Of a DNA stretch of 64,000 bases, positions 1-9,486 are shown piece after piece. The stretch's first letter is position 1. Each line of letters begins with the position of its first letter. The stretch lies in contig CBDCWC010000003.1 in the NCBI GenBank assembly GCA_965223295.1, positions 992,001 through 1,056,000 on the forward strand. Reading direction: 5' to 3'. The notes under the pieces are model-generated. The model ran no database searches. It saw nothing but the letters and a program-made list of their open reading frames with translations, and was not told the DNA's origin. Made by a program: the position numbers and the translations under genes. Source of the stretch: Nitrospirales bacterium. Lineage in GTDB: Bacteria > Nitrospirota > Nitrospiria > Nitrospirales > UBA8639.

Positions 1-931
1 GGTGGGCCGCCCGAGACGCATGGGTATCCAGAAGATCCACAGGTGACGGCATTTCATAGGATTCCGACACCGATTGGCTCGATAAATATTGTTCATCCGT
101 TTGGTCGGTTAACGCCAAACGTGGTTCGGCTTCGAGCAGATTCGAGTTTGTCTCTTGAGATGTTTTTCCTTCCTTGGTCAATTCCAAGATGGAATCCAAT
201 CCCAAACTTCCAATCCCTCCACGAGCCGTAATCTCTCGGTTAATTCGTATAGATTTATTCTTTTTTGGTTCCCTATCGTGTACCCACCATTCCCGCTCCC
301 TCATGGCTAGAAAGCAGGCCGTTGCATGACCCCACAGTCCGCCACCTAACGCAACACACCCCCGAGCAATTTGCCCGAGAGAGACCGGGACTAATAACAA
401 AAAAGCTACTAACAACATCGCGCATAAAATAATCATGGCCCCTGTCGCCGCAAAATAAGTCCCTAAGATTTCCGAAAGGCCCTGTCCAATAACTCCGCCG
501 GGAGAAGCACCCACTCCATCAGTCGCCACCAAAGACAGCGACTGCAAATGCAGCAGAGCACTCACGGACAAGATGGCTAAGAGAGAACCCACCACGCCAA
601 CCAGACTCACCTGAAACTGTTCCGACCAGAGCACCGTGAGCCCAAAACCGACCAAGACCACGGGCAGGACAAATGAACCTCCACCTACAATCGAGAGCAA
701 AGAAAAGGCCACGGTCGAACCTACCAGTCCAACGGCATTATCAGGCACCCCTTGCGATGAAGAATGGGGAAAGAGCAGAACGGGATCGGCAGGGGAAAAC
801 GTCAAAAGGCTGAGCAACCACAGGAGTCCAACTGTCGACAGGAAAACTCCTGTAATTTGAACGGTTAACGAAGATGTTCCCTTCGAAGGTTTCTTCTTTT
901 TCCCTTCTTTCTTACTGGGGAAAATACTCAT
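1..931 (-). CDS. ftsK: DNA translocase FtsK, N-terminal 4TM domain and linker (runs off window edge)
   Basis: Hand translation from ATG at 931: MSIFPSKKEGKKK...SLLTFSPADP...NAVGLVGSTVA, several TM segments, then YEMPSPVDLL, typical of the linker before the FtsK motor. Absent from the ORF track because no stop lies in the window. Confidence 0.8.
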   Translation of the reverse strand, partial: MSIFPSKKEGKKKKPSKGTSSLTVQITGVFLSTVGLLWLLSLLTFSPADPVLLFPHSSSQGVPDNAVGLVGSTVAFSLLSIVGGGSFVLPVVLVGFGLTVLWSEQFQVSLVGVVGSLLAILSVSALLHLQSLSLVATDGVGASPGGVIGQGLSEILGTYFAATGAMIILCAMLLVAFLLLVPVSLGQIARGCVALGGGLWGHATACFLAMREREWWVHDREPKKNKSIRINREITARGGIGSLGLDSILELTKEGKTSQETNSNLLEAEPRLALTDQTDEQYLSSQSVSESYEMPSPVDLLDTHASRAAH

Positions 932-1027
932 CAAAAAATCGTACCATAAGGGTTTCTATTGAGCAAACAACCCTTACACTAGTTTACAGAGGAGATTGAA
1001 CAAAAGGAACAACAAAACAAAGGCGAG

Positions 1028-1429
1028 TTAACTAACTTGGTAGGAAACAAGGGAAAGATCGGTTTGGGAAAAGTCGTTCCCTTTAAAAAGAAGCGGCTCT
1101 CCTGTGGAACGTGATAGCGCGTAGGTTGCGCAATCGCCTAAATTTAATCCAGCCGAATGCGTACCTTTCCCAAATTGACGATACGCTTCCCTAGCCAATT
1201 CCACCAATTCAGGACTCAAAGAAACAATATCAATATGACATCGGTGCAAAAGCAAATCTAACTCCCGCCCGCCCGCTGGCCCAAAACGAGACTCAATCAC
1301 GATCCCCGTTTCCAACACTGAAACGGCACCGACCAGGCGTTTAGAATCTGCAGCCATCGCTTTGGCCATCGCAAGAGCCTCAGGCTCCTTGGTCAATATG
1401 GCCACTAACGCTGATGAATCAATCACCAT
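1028..1429 (-). CDS. vapC: VapC PIN-domain toxin
   Basis: MVIDSSALVAIL...LNLGDCATYALS...LLFKGNDFSQTD PIN motifs. Confidence 0.93.
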   Translation of the reverse strand: MVIDSSALVAILTKEPEALAMAKAMAADSKRLVGAVSVLETGIVIESRFGPAGGRELDLLLHRCHIDIVSLSPELVELAREAYRQFGKGTHSAGLNLGDCATYALSRSTGEPLLFKGNDFSQTDLSLVSYQVS

Positions 1430-1516
1430 ACGACGGGTCAGACAAGAGATCTAGTAAATAATTCTAGACAATCGCTTGTAGAGGCGAGAGAAAATTTTTG
1501 ACAATCAGAAACTGAC

Positions 1517-1702
1517 GGAATGGTCAATAAAGTCATCCAGCAAGGCCGCAGCCATTTTTGCGCGCGGAGCGTACTACTGGGCGTCAGTACGGCAAGAGAG
1601 CGACCTGCCTGCGCGAAGCCGCTTTCAGCCTTCGTAGCCACTGAGGCAAAGAGGCCCGGCGAAGGCAGGGAACGCCACTAGCGGTTTTTTTCAACATTTC
1701 CC
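1517..1702 (+). mobile_element. Degenerate MITE family A copy with nested palindromic insert, between vapB and vapC
   Basis: Core CCAGCAAGGCCGCAGCCATTTTTGCGCGCGGAGCGTAC...GAACGCC...TTTTTTCAAC shared with other copies; left boundary approximate. Confidence 0.75.
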
Positions 1703-1703
1703 C

Positions 1704-1973
1704 TTAACGAAAAACCCCGATTTCGGAATACCCTAAAATTTCTTCAGGTGACCGACCATCCAACACAGGTAACTGACTACATCGAACTGCTATACCCATA
1801 ATTTCTTCTACGAGATCCGGACTGGTCCGACACCCTTCCAAACGCTCTAACCGATCTTCCAGAGCATGGATCACTGCATCCGTAATCGTTTCACCTGTTT
1901 TTTTGGCAAGCTGATTGGCTAACTGTTCTGCTCGTGGATTTTTTATATTGACCGCCATGGTTGAATCCTCCAT
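1704..1973 (-). CDS. vapB: VapB antitoxin (Rv0623/PSK transcription factor-like)
   Basis: AVNIKNPRAEQLANQLAKKTGETITDAVIHAL...DGRSPEEILGY; upstream of vapC. Confidence 0.88.
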   Translation of the reverse strand: MEDSTMAVNIKNPRAEQLANQLAKKTGETITDAVIHALEDRLERLEGCRTSPDLVEEIMGIAVRCSQLPVLDGRSPEEILGYSEIGVFR

Positions 1974-2053
1974 TTTTTCTTTAATCTACCATGTATATTA
2001 AAATCTGTCCAGGCAAAGAGCTCGGCTAACTTCCAAACCAACATCTAGATAAT

Positions 2054-2242
2054 GGGAGTGTTGAATAATGACGATATCAAGAATCATATTTCGCCAAGAA
2101 GCCGAGGGCAATCAAAAGGTTCGGGAAGTCAAAAAAGGCTGTCCAGCAAGGCCGCAGCCATGTTTGCGCGCGGAGCGTACGGGCATGACGTGAGCACGGA
2201 AAAATGGCGAGAACGCTGCTGGCAGCTTTTTTCAAAAGCCTC
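2054..2242 (+). mobile_element. MITE family A, full length
   Basis: Termini GGGAGTGTTGAA / TTCAAAAGCCTC plus conserved core; no clean TSD. Confidence 0.85.
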
Positions 2243-2423
2243 ATTAATGCAGCCACACTTCGAGGATATGGCAAATAATTGATTCAAGCAGATTAACAAC
2301 CAGAGTTCGTCGAAGCCCAACACAGCGAGAGAAGGAAATGGGTAGAGACCTCATCGGAAGGGAAAGCCTATTTGGTGCCAAAAGACGAAGCGGGAGCTGA
2401 CTGGAAATAGCGTTTTCTGGTTT

Positions 2424-3227
2424 TCAGCGGAAGAAGCCAGGGGAAAATTTCTCCAGGAGCCGAAACTCTTGGACAGAGAGGGTTTCAGCCCGACGAGCGA
2501 GGGATAGGCCGGTGTCCTGTTGAATCTGTCGCAAGTATTCATCAGACATTCCTACTGATCGGAAGGCATTCAGAAGTGTTTTACGGCGTTGCCCGAATGC
2601 CGCACGGACAATCCTCTGAAAATGGGCCAGATCGTCCGATTTGGCCTGTTGATCCTGACGTATATCTAGCCGCACGACGCCGGAATCTACATCAGGAACT
2701 GGGCGGAAGCATTGACGAGAAACTTTGAACCCAAACTTCACATCGGCTAAGTGTTGTATCATTACGGACAGTACGCCGTAGTTTTTGGTGCTTGGCTTGG
2801 CCACCATTCGCTGGGCCACCTCCAGCTGAATCGTCAACACCATGCGGGAAATTTTCTGTTCCGATTCCAATAGTCGAAACATGATGGGCGTCGAAATGTT
2901 ATAGGGCAAATTCGCCACAATAATCGTGCCCGCTGGAAGATCGGTGAAAGCATAGTGGAGCGCATCCTGTTCTTGGACCTCGAGGTTGGAAAAACCTGCC
3001 ATTTCGGTCTTCAAGAATTCCACCATTCGCGGATCGACTTCCAAGGCTAAAACCTGCTTCGCGGCCTGACACAAAAACCCCGTCAACGCGCCTCCACCGG
3101 GCCCAATTTCGCAGACGGTATCAGCAGATTGGATGTCCGCCAAACTGACAATTTTTCGTAGTAGATTGGGATCGACCAGAAAATGTTGCCCCAACCGTTT
3201 GCGTGGATGAGGAGGGAGATTGGTCAT
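2424..3227 (-). CDS. rsmA: 16S rRNA m6,2A dimethyltransferase RsmA/KsgA
   Basis: RKRLGQHFL, EIGPGGGALT, ANLPYNIST, FRPVPDVDS, AFGQRRKTL. Confidence 0.97.
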   Translation of the reverse strand: MTNLPPHPRKRLGQHFLVDPNLLRKIVSLADIQSADTVCEIGPGGGALTGFLCQAAKQVLALEVDPRMVEFLKTEMAGFSNLEVQEQDALHYAFTDLPAGTIIVANLPYNISTPIMFRLLESEQKISRMVLTIQLEVAQRMVAKPSTKNYGVLSVMIQHLADVKFGFKVSRQCFRPVPDVDSGVVRLDIRQDQQAKSDDLAHFQRIVRAAFGQRRKTLLNAFRSVGMSDEYLRQIQQDTGLSLARRAETLSVQEFRLLEKFSPGFFR

Positions 3228-3284
3228 GAAGAGATGAGAAAGAAATTTAGATAAGACGACAATTGGACCGGGAGATCGGGAATG

Positions 3285-3617
3285 TTAAGGAATGCCTGTA
3301 GTCTGAATATTTTTGGCCAGTTTTTTGAGATGACGGCGGCACATATCCACTTCATCAGCTAATTCATCAAACACATCTCCGACAAAATATGTCGTTTCTA
3401 GCCATTCTTTCCTGATGTGTCGAAGATATTCCGAACTCACATGTGGAGCAAGGCCTTCAACAACTTTTCTTTTCCATTTGGTCACATGGTCTTTCCCCTG
3501 CACAGCATTGATAGCCTTCTCGGCTTCCGCATGAATCGTGGTGATTTCATCTATTTGCGTATGAATATAGGCCAACAATTCTGACGGCTCTGAGGTTTCA
3601 TCACTCATTCCACTCAT
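3285..3617 (-). CDS. Hypothetical protein
   Basis: 110-aa ORF co-oriented between fmt and rsmA, AGGAAGAGAGG upstream. Confidence 0.7.
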   Translation of the reverse strand: MSGMSDETSEPSELLAYIHTQIDEITTIHAEAEKAINAVQGKDHVTKWKRKVVEGLAPHVSSEYLRHIRKEWLETTYFVGDVFDELADEVDMCRRHLKKLAKNIQTTGIP

Positions 3618-3668
3618 TCGCTTCCTCTCTTCCTTTGCCTGTACATATTGAGCACGAACAACATGTTC

Positions 3669-4637
3669 TTACTTGCGTGTACTCCCACATTGCACGCCAA
3701 CTTCTAGGTGATGGCCAGCCAGATACTGTGCCGCCGTCATGCGTTTCTTATTCGCAGGTTGAACGTCGATAAGCCGTAAAACACCGCGGCCTGTCTGAAC
3801 CCGAATGCCCTGTTTAGAAACGCCGATAATCTTGCCAGGAGTGGTAGAGTCATCGACAGATGGCAGCATAGAAGCATCATCAGGTTCCTCAACCTGTACC
3901 TTCCAAATTCCCCATCGCTCCCCCTTCACAAATGTATATGCCCCTGGCCAAGGGGATAATCCCCGTATACGGTTGGCTAAAGCCACAGCAGACTGACTCC
4001 AATCTAGCAAACCATCTTCTTTCTTGAGAATAGGAGCTAGCGTAGCCTGAGATTCATTCTGGGCTTGGGGCTCAATTGTCCCAGCTAGCCATTTCTTCAA
4101 CGTCGGCACTAAGAGACGACCACCCATTTCTGCCATCCGACTTGCAACGTCTCCTGCGGTATCTTCTGGGGAAATGGGTAATACAGCTTGCTCCAGAATA
4201 GCGCCAGTATCCATACCGGCATCCATGACCATAATCGTGACGCCCGTTTCGGATTCTCCATTGATGACGGCCCATTGAATGGGAGCCGCTCCGCGATATT
4301 TTGGCAACAACGAACCATGGACATTCAGACACCCTTTTGGAGGAAGATCAAGAATCAACTGCGGCAAAATACGTCCGAAGGCTGCAACTACGATCACGTC
4401 AGGATTCCAAGATTGTAGGGTTTCTAGAAATGCCGGAGCTTTCATTTTTTCTGGTTGAATGACCGAAATGTTCTGTTCCAACGCAAGCGTTTTCACCGGA
4501 CCAATTTTCATTTTTTTTCCTCGCCCACTTGGCCGATCCGGTTGGCTTACCACTCCAACAACAGAACAGTCAGAGTCGATAAGATGTTGAAGCGTCGGAA
4601 CCGCAAAGGCCGGGGTTCCCATGAAGACGACACGCAT
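3669..4637 (-). CDS. fmt: Methionyl-tRNA formyltransferase
   Basis: MRVVFMGTPAFA, NVHGSLLPKYRGAAPIQWA, MDAGMDTG. Confidence 0.98.
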   Translation of the reverse strand: MRVVFMGTPAFAVPTLQHLIDSDCSVVGVVSQPDRPSGRGKKMKIGPVKTLALEQNISVIQPEKMKAPAFLETLQSWNPDVIVVAAFGRILPQLILDLPPKGCLNVHGSLLPKYRGAAPIQWAVINGESETGVTIMVMDAGMDTGAILEQAVLPISPEDTAGDVASRMAEMGGRLLVPTLKKWLAGTIEPQAQNESQATLAPILKKEDGLLDWSQSAVALANRIRGLSPWPGAYTFVKGERWGIWKVQVEEPDDASMLPSVDDSTTPGKIIGVSKQGIRVQTGRGVLRLIDVQPANKKRMTAAQYLAGHHLEVGVQCGSTRK

Positions 4638-4862
4638 AGCTTAATTTCTCAAATTCAAATGGTTTCAACCTTCCCCCGAGAAGGGAACAACAGATACCAT
4701 ATACCCTCTACCTGAGAAGAACAACAAGTCTCGTGCTGATCTTCCGGACCTTTTGCTCTTCACGTTTGACCGCATTGACTCCTTTTGAAATACTGTGATA
4801 GAAGCCCACTCGAAGATAGCCTTGCTATTCTCATTCCCTCCACTTGTGAAAAGGATCAAGAC

Positions 4863-5618
4863 ATGGGCGGACATAGCCATTGGTCAACCATTAAGCGCCA
4901 CAAAGGCGCACAAGATGCCAAGCGTGGAAAAATATTCACACGTGTGATCCGGGAAATTTCCATTGCTGCGCGAAATGGTGGTGACCCTGATGGCAATCCA
5001 GCTCTACGCCAAGCCATTGCCAAATCCAAAGAAGTGAATATGCCAGCCGACACCGTCAAACGCGCTATTCAGCGCGGAACTGGTGAATTACCTGGCGTAC
5101 AATTCGAAGAATTTATGCTTGAAGGGTATGGCCCTGGAGGCACAGCGCTTCTCTTAGAAATTTCTACCGACAAACGCAATCGGGCTGTGGCCGACGTTCG
5201 AAGTATTCTCACCAAGAACAATGGCACAATGGCCGAACCTGGCGCTGTGGCCTGGCAGTTTCAAAAGAAAGGGCTCGTCGTGATCGAGGGCCAACCGGTC
5301 ACCGAAGAACAACTATTCGATGTGGCCTTGGATGCCGGAGCCGAAGACGTCAAACAAACTCCGAGCGGATTTGAAGTCATCTCGGAACCAGCAGACTTCG
5401 AAGCCGTCAAAGAAGCGATTGAAAAAGCTCAGATCGAAACCAGCTTGTCTGATCTGACCTTTCTGGCGCAGAACCACATTCAACTCGAAGGCAAGGATGC
5501 GGAGCAGGCTCTCAAACTCATGGATCTCTTAGACGAGAACGAAGACGTCGCGAAGGTCCATGCCAACTTTGAGATATCTGAGGAATTGATGGAAAAAATG
5601 GCCGCCGAAAGTGCCTAA
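4863..5618 (+). CDS. yebC: YebC/PmpR family protein
   Basis: MGGHSHWSTIKRHKGAQDAKRGKIFT, EGYGPGG; start moved to ATG 4863. Confidence 0.96.
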   Translation: MGGHSHWSTIKRHKGAQDAKRGKIFTRVIREISIAARNGGDPDGNPALRQAIAKSKEVNMPADTVKRAIQRGTGELPGVQFEEFMLEGYGPGGTALLLEISTDKRNRAVADVRSILTKNNGTMAEPGAVAWQFQKKGLVVIEGQPVTEEQLFDVALDAGAEDVKQTPSGFEVISEPADFEAVKEAIEKAQIETSLSDLTFLAQNHIQLEGKDAEQALKLMDLLDENEDVAKVHANFEISEELMEKMAAESA

Positions 5619-5725
5619 GTCGTTTGAATAGTTTTTCGCTCTCCAATTCTGTTTCTTGGTCAATTCTTAATCTATTCCACACACTGGGTCGCCTCTGTCT
5701 CTGAGCCCCCCACTCCGCTTCACAA

Positions 5726-6337
5726 ATGATTGCTTCTCTCTCAGGAACGCTCTGTTCAAAAACTCCACAGGAAGCAATCATTTCGGTCCAGGGCGTCGGG
5801 TACCATGTGTTCATCGCCCTGTCGACTTTTTTCACCCTTCCAGATATCAATTCCTCCGTACAGATCTTTATTTCAACCCATATCCGAAATGACACGATTC
5901 AACTCTTCGGCTTTGGTACTCAGGAGGAGAAAGAGGCTTTTGTCCTGCTCACGACCATCAGCGGCGTCGGGCCCAAGCTAGCCCTGAGCGCCTTATCAAC
6001 GCTCTCGGTCCCTGACTTATGCACCGCCATTGAATCAGGTGATATTGAAACCCTGGGCTCGATTCCAGGCGTGGGGAAAAAATCGGCCAGCCGAATTGTG
6101 CTGGAACTGAAAGACAAAACTCACCGCATCATGACTACTGATTCACCACCGTCTTCAGCCTCCCCAACAGCACCAGCCAACTTTGTACAAGAAGAAGCCA
6201 CCTCCGCCCTCATCAATTTGGGATACCGTGCCCCCGAAGTGAAAAAAGCCATGAACTTGGCCACCTCCAAAATGAAGGAAACCTACGAACTGGAAGACCT
6301 CATCCGCACCACCCTCAAAGAACTCGCCAAAGGGTAA
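5726..6337 (+). CDS. ruvA: Holliday junction branch migration protein RuvA
   Basis: MIASLSG...GVGYHV, LFGF, SGVGPKLAL, IPGVGKKSASRIVLELKDK, ALINLGY. Confidence 0.97.
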   Translation: MIASLSGTLCSKTPQEAIISVQGVGYHVFIALSTFFTLPDINSSVQIFISTHIRNDTIQLFGFGTQEEKEAFVLLTTISGVGPKLALSALSTLSVPDLCTAIESGDIETLGSIPGVGKKSASRIVLELKDKTHRIMTTDSPPSSASPTAPANFVQEEATSALINLGYRAPEVKKAMNLATSKMKETYELEDLIRTTLKELAKG

Positions 6338-6573
6338 GTTCTTATTTTCTCTAAGGAATGTAGTAATCCAATATTGGTAGGGAAAAGAAGAACTGCCTGG
6401 TCTAAAACTTGTAAGCTTCTCTCAAATACGGACAGACCAATAGTAGCGCTTTCTGGAAAATGGTGTAGTTTGTGCGAACGGCTAAAAAGACGGGTGGGCG
6501 TCTCACAAAGATTATCGTCAATGACGGAACAAGAAGAAAGCAGAGAGGAGGGAGAGAAATTTTTATTTTGTCC

Positions 6574-6609
6574 TTGACTTTTGCGTGGCATATCCTATTA
6601 TTAGGATAT
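6574..6609 (+). promoter_or_regulatory. Sigma70 promoter with overlapping palindromic operator of the higBA-like module
   Basis: TTGACT-16-TATTAT; inverted repeat ATATCCTA-ttat-TAGGATAT (6590-6609). Confidence 0.7.
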
Positions 6610-7009
6610 AGGGATAACGCAGAATATCTATGAGCCAGTTGATTTTCTCGGTAATACCAAAACAGCGCTCAAGGGCTTTCCGGAAGAAGTAAAAGATCGA
6701 GTCGGGTATGCCCTTTATGAGGCGCAGCGAGGAGAAAAAGCCGCCAATACGAAACCGTTAAAAGGCTTTTATGGCGCAAGTGTATTAGAGGTTGTAGAAG
6801 ATCATGACGGATCAACGTATCGAGCTGTCTATACGATTCGGTTCTCAAATGCGGTCTATGTTCTGCATACTTTTCAGAAGAAATCGAAAAAAGGGATTGC
6901 CACACCAAAACAGGATATAGCCCTGATTAAATCACGCCTCAAATTGGCAGAAGAGGACTATAAAAGGAGACCAAATTATGACAGAGAAAGTTACCAAAGG
7001 ATCAGGTAA
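6608..7009 (+). pseudogene. RelE/HigB (Gp49-like) toxin, intact frame but no canonical start codon
   Basis: Hand translation: ...FPEEVKDRVGYALYEAQRGEK...KPLKGFYGASVLEVVEDHDGSTYRAVYTIRFSNAVYVLHTFQKKSKKGIATPKQD; only ATA codons follow the in-frame TAG at 6602. Confidence 0.8.
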
Positions 7010-7313
7010 TATTTTTGCGGATCTTGGCTTTGAGAACCCTGAAGAAATGGAAACCAAAGCCCAATTGGTGAGTCAGATAAATGCCATCATTAAGCAGCGA
7101 AAACTGACTCAGAAAAAGGCAGGGGAGATTTTAGGCATTACACAATCCCGTGTCTCTGATCTCGCCCATGGAGGGTTGAGTGGATTCTCCGTTGATCGCT
7201 TATTGCGTTTACTCAATAAACTCGATCAGGAAATTGAAATTGTAGTGAAACGCAAACACGGTCGGCGACCAGCCACAACAACGGTGACGTTTGTTGATCA
7301 AATTTCCGTATAG
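6978..7313 (+). CDS. XRE-family HTH antitoxin (HigA-like)
   Basis: GSGNIFADLGF...LTQKKAGEILGITQSRVSDL...FSVDRLLRLL; overlaps toxin 3' end. Confidence 0.9.
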   Translation: MTEKVTKGSGNIFADLGFENPEEMETKAQLVSQINAIIKQRKLTQKKAGEILGITQSRVSDLAHGGLSGFSVDRLLRLLNKLDQEIEIVVKRKHGRRPATTTVTFVDQISV

Positions 7314-7318
7314 GACCC

Positions 7319-7516
7319 GCCGCCAAAAAAATTTACAGTTGGCAGTTTAATCCCGAACTTACTCTAAAAGCCTTATCCTACTATGGGGATGGCAATCTTC
7401 ATACTGTGCCAGTCCAACACAAAGAACGGTTGCTGAACGCCATACGAACTGTTGACTTGGATCGACTCCCAATGATTATCCAGCACAATGCAAAGGACTA
7501 TGGCCGCAGCCAATGA
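7319..7516 (+). pseudogene. C-terminal remnant of an AbiEii-like nucleotidyltransferase toxin
   Basis: AAKKIYSWQFNPELTLKALSYYGDGNLH...RLLNAIRTVDLDRLP; no start; stop overlaps next ATG (ATGA). Confidence 0.6.
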
Positions 7517-7809
7517 AACCTCTCTTACCCACTACTGAGCTCGTTAAGGTCGCCAAACGGGTAATCTGGTTTGAGCAACCAGAAGAGTCCCTTGCTGATC
7601 CAGTTCGCTTTGCGACATATGCCATGACGTATGGCACACACGAGGACATAAAAGTCGTCCGACAATATATGTCCGATGATGACTTACGCGAAGCCCTAGA
7701 AAAAGCTCCCCCCGGAATCACTGACTCACGGTCATGGACCTACTGGCACTTAAAGCTCGGGCAATATCCCCCCACCGTTGCCAGTACGGGCTTTAGGCTA
7801 ATCAGATAG
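7513..7809 (+). CDS. Putative partner (antitoxin) of the AbiEii-like toxin
   Basis: VAKRVIWFEQPEESLADPVRF...APPGITDSRSWTYWHLKLG; translationally coupled to the remnant; possible frameshift in the 3' C-run. Confidence 0.6.
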   Translation: MKPLLPTTELVKVAKRVIWFEQPEESLADPVRFATYAMTYGTHEDIKVVRQYMSDDDLREALEKAPPGITDSRSWTYWHLKLGQYPPTVASTGFRLIR

Positions 7810-8000
7810 GGGTCTGTTGAAAAAAGCCGCCAGCGGCGTTCTCGCCCATTTTCCGTGCTCACGTAGGACCAGTACGCTCCGCGCGCAAACATGGCTGCGG
7901 CCTTGCTGGACGGACTTTTTTGAACAGACCCGAGGTCTCTGACATGTTACCTCTCAGACACGAAATGTGGCCGTTGATATCATCATTATTCGACAGCCCC
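7810..8000 (-). mobile_element. MITE family A, full length
   Basis: Termini GGGTCTGTTGAA / TTCGACAGCCCC; flanks GATAG / AATAG (4 of 5 match). Confidence 0.88.
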
Positions 8001-8017
8001 AATAGAGAAGCAATTCC

Positions 8018-8130
8018 GGGAGTGTTGAATAACACAAAACACCAAAGGAAAATTTTCTCACGACAACATCGAATACCAACAGCTTCCTGGGGAAATATGG
8101 CCCTTGATATCTTCATAATTCAACAGTTTC
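8018..8130. mobile_element. MITE family A derivative with two arm types and no core
   Basis: GGGAGTGTTGAATAACACAAAACACCAAAGG (arm B) joined to inverted arm A GAAATATGGCCCTTGATATCTTCATAATTCAACAG. Confidence 0.7.
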
Positions 8131-8323
8131 TGATCAGTTATTTTCACCTTTACAACCAAGGAACCAAAAGTCAAAATTGAAAGACTGTTAGAATGAAGTG
8201 TCGAGAATCATTTTGAGAAAAAATCCTAGCTTTTCACAATAGTTCCTACTCCATCGCTTAAGTAGCTTCGTTAGTGCGTTAAATAATAGGTGTCAGGAAC
8301 CTTTTATGAAGATAGTAAACTCC

Positions 8324-8752
8324 TTATGATACAGTACAATGAGGATCTGACGATTGATTGTCCTGACCATGAACTCCGCTTTCTACAGGACAATCGTAGC
8401 GAAGAATAATACGTTCTTTTCGATGTTGAGCGTCTAACTCTCGCAGTTCTCGTTCAAGTACAAGACGTTTTTGCTGGTAGTCAGCTGTACAGATCGCTGT
8501 GGCTGTCTTTTCCCAGGTAAATCCATGAATACTTTCGACGATATTATTGAGATATTCCCACACACTTTTTTCTTCATGATAGCGCCGGGCCCGAGTGATT
8601 TCCTGGACAAACGACTTCTTGCGCACCTGTTGCCGAATCCGTTCCAGGTCTTTAGAAAAATCAGCTTCTAATTGCTTGAGGGCGTCATGGATCTCTGCAC
8701 GTTCATCATGTTGCTGAGTATGGAGTTGTCGCTTTTCGGGAGCCAGTTCCAC
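8324..8752 (-). CDS. Hypothetical coiled-coil protein
   Basis: 142-aa charged, helical ORF; no family recognised. Confidence 0.55.
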   Translation of the reverse strand: MELAPEKRQLHTQQHDERAEIHDALKQLEADFSKDLERIRQQVRKKSFVQEITRARRYHEEKSVWEYLNNIVESIHGFTWEKTATAICTADYQQKRLVLERELRELDAQHRKERIILRYDCPVESGVHGQDNQSSDPHCTVS

Positions 8753-8911
8753 ACGACACCATTATGAGAGAGAAGGCGTTCAGTGTAGCAAAAATCTTTG
8801 ATGATGCCATGTACAGGGTACAGTGTCGTGAGACCTAAAACCCTACAAGATATAGAAAGGTTCGTGAAGAGATCGTTAGATGAAGATTTGGAAAGTCAGA
8901 GACAGGACAGG

Positions 8912-9094
8912 TTAGAGGGTTTCGCGAATTTTTTGACCCTGATAGCCACTTTCGAGGACATGCTTAAAAAATCGCAAGACATCGGCCAAGTCGAACCAAA
9001 AGCCGCAATTTATGCACTTGGCATTAAACCGCCGCGACACTTTGGTGTACTGCCGCTCCACCAGCATGGCACCTTGGCATCGTATACATTTCAT
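8912..9094 (-). CDS. Small zinc-ribbon protein
   Basis: MKCIRCQGAM...KCINCGF (CxxC...CxxC). Confidence 0.65.
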   Translation of the reverse strand: MKCIRCQGAMLVERQYTKVSRRFNAKCINCGFWFDLADVLRFFKHVLESGYQGQKIRETL

Positions 9095-9166
9095 AAGAGC
9101 ATCACACCGACTTCACGACACAATAATTGGCCAAACACTTCCTAGAGACAATGAATAGTTAAGACC

Positions 9167-9367
9167 TTATCGAAGACGATTGAGAATCACCGCCACACAG
9201 CCGGCGAGCACGCCACCCCCAAAAATGGTCAGCCCCATAGAGAGAACCCCTTCCCAGGTTCCGGATGAAGACGATCCGTATATGATATCTCGCATCCCTC
9301 CCTGGACCAATAGGATAGCCAAGGTCAGCAGAGAGCCCATCCCAAACCACCATGCGAATGTTCTCAC
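9167..9367 (-). CDS. Small two-TM membrane protein
   Basis: Two hydrophobic helices; GAGGAG RBS before the GTG start. Confidence 0.65.
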   Translation of the reverse strand: MRTFAWWFGMGSLLTLAILLVQGGMRDIIYGSSSSGTWEGVLSMGLTIFGGGVLAGCVAVILNRLR

Positions 9368-9486
9368 CGTCTCCTCAAATAACTTCAGGTAACTTGGACA
9401 CCCACGCGCATGCTAGCTTCTTTCATTGGGCGCACCAACTGTACTGAGAGGTAAAACAGGATGTCAAACTAGCTGAGAATGATTCT

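Noticed and set aside
1438-2323. Short ORFs 1438-1641, 2052-2282, 2077-2274, 2129-2323, and similar ones at 7859, 19843, 35290, 55430, 56266, 56408, 63748
   Set aside because: They are translations of MITE sequence; shared peptides such as QQGRSHFCAR reflect the DNA repeat, not a protein family
6374-6577. ORF with thioredoxin-like WCSLC motif
   Set aside because: TTG start, no RBS, and the rest of the fold is absent; chance or an unidentifiable fragment
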